A DNA stretch of 62,610 nt, filler included, from Globobulimina sp. (taxonomy: Eukaryota), in the NCBI GenBank assembly GCA_003354225.1. It is 27 parts of 27 records of this genome, joined end to end, with 100 filler letters (N's around TTAATTAATTAA, not from the genome) between each part and the next. Parts side by side here need not be neighbours in the genome. Positions count along the whole stretch, not along the records: positions 60,390 to 62,610 come from PIVH01008097.1; 26 more parts are not named here. One strand, given 5' to 3'. The notes beneath the pieces are model-generated. The model ran no database searches. It was given only the letters and a program-made list of their open reading frames with translations, and had not been told where the DNA came from. Shown one piece after another: positions 61,680-62,610 of this stretch (within the stretch, counting starts at the first letter, position 1; every line of letters starts with the position of its first letter). The translations under genes and the position numbers were made by a program.

Positions 61680-62610
61680 GGCTAGATTTATACTTTGTAA
61701 TAAAGAAAAAATCAATTTCAAACTGAAAATAACCCTCAATTGACACTAATTTTTTGTCGTTGAGCGTTTTTTTTCAGTTTGAATAATTAAATTCCTTTGC
61801 ATTTTCAAATACAATCTCTTATATATATATTGCGCGCATTTCCTTAATTCACAGACACACAACGCCGCACATTCTCTGCCTTTTGTATTGTTAATCATTT
61901 TATCGATTACATCACGGCGTAATGTTGTCATTGAAACAGATTTTCCAAAGTCTTGATGTATTATTTATTGGTTTGTATTCAATGCATTATGACCGGTTAT
62001 TGTGGTGATTGTATGGCAGCGCGTCATTATGATTATGTATCGCAATTTGTACAGTTTAAATTTGGTGGAAGTGACGGATTTTTGTGATATATTTAATGGA
62101 TTACCTAAACGTTGCTTTATTTTGTGTTCGAATTTCGAAATATGAAGTGTTTTGGATTTATGTTGTTTTTTATGTTTTGTATATACGTATTGCCGACTAT
62201 TGCGTGGATGAATTATTTCGTGTCAGTTTATACAACAATGGTTGTTTTATGACTGTTGTTATTGCGCAAAATCAATATAAGAGCTAGATTACAATTTGAA
62301 AATGCAAAAGAGTGGTTTTTTTAAGAGAAAAATTCAAACACTAGCAACACTTTTTTTAATATACAAACAAAAAAATATATGTACAGTCGAGGTGGGATCA
62401 GACATATTTTAATTATATATTCACGACAAACAATTCAATATAGATGCACAAATTAAATTGATTTTTCTAACAAAACAAGTCAACATAGATGTACACACTA
62501 AAATTGGTTTCAAACAGTTAACGATTTATTTGGATTAAAAACGATAATAGTTTCATTCTGCAGAGCCAACACCTTTTCAACAAATGCGTCTTTCCTGAAA
62601 TTGTCAAATG

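Noticed and set aside
1-62610. Gene neighbourhood or operon-like system across the window (e.g. two kinesins, two RCC1 genes, E2 plus adaptors)
   Set aside because: The genes are on unrelated contigs and their order reflects contig length only.

Overview
This window is not one locus. It is 27 unrelated contigs of 2221-2224 bp, sorted by size and joined by an artificial 100-nt spacer (N44-TTAATTAATTAA-N44), so nothing can be inferred across spacers. Most contigs come from an AT-rich eukaryote with compact genes and short GT-AG introns, mostly 54-77 nt. The gene families look foraminiferan/rhizarian (Reticulomyxa-like), which is an inference. One contig (18587-20809) is bacterial, carrying a TonB-dependent receptor and an FAD oxidoreductase. 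Two contigs (25556-27778, 39494-41715) look like a different eukaryote, possibly an animal or nematode. Recognisable genes: AP-4 epsilon, Bet1-like SNARE, SRSF10-like SR protein, two kinesins, a FYVE protein, a CHD6-9 remodeller, two RCC1-repeat proteins, a papain-like peptidase, an E2, MFS/Atg22 transporters, Snf7-like, SR140/U2SURP, a divergent G-alpha, a GH10 xylanase and SOAT/ACAT. There is also a CR1/L2-type LINE 3' end, a gag-like ORF and several MITE-like hairpins. Best finding: a selenophosphate synthetase that the ORF track truncated. It has an in-frame TGA at the catalytic position (KG-U-SSK) and a SECIS-shaped hairpin 70 nt after the stop, with a GUGA/UGA core but no apical AA motif. 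Other highlights: a shared N-terminal GY(V/I)R...PxELxxLxxxFY module joined to different substrate-binding domains (candidate ubiquitin-ligase adaptor family), a LOTUS+RRM protein, a four-intron GH10 xylanase, a 15-nt micro-exon in a kinesin P-loop, and an intron that is mostly an inverted-repeat element.
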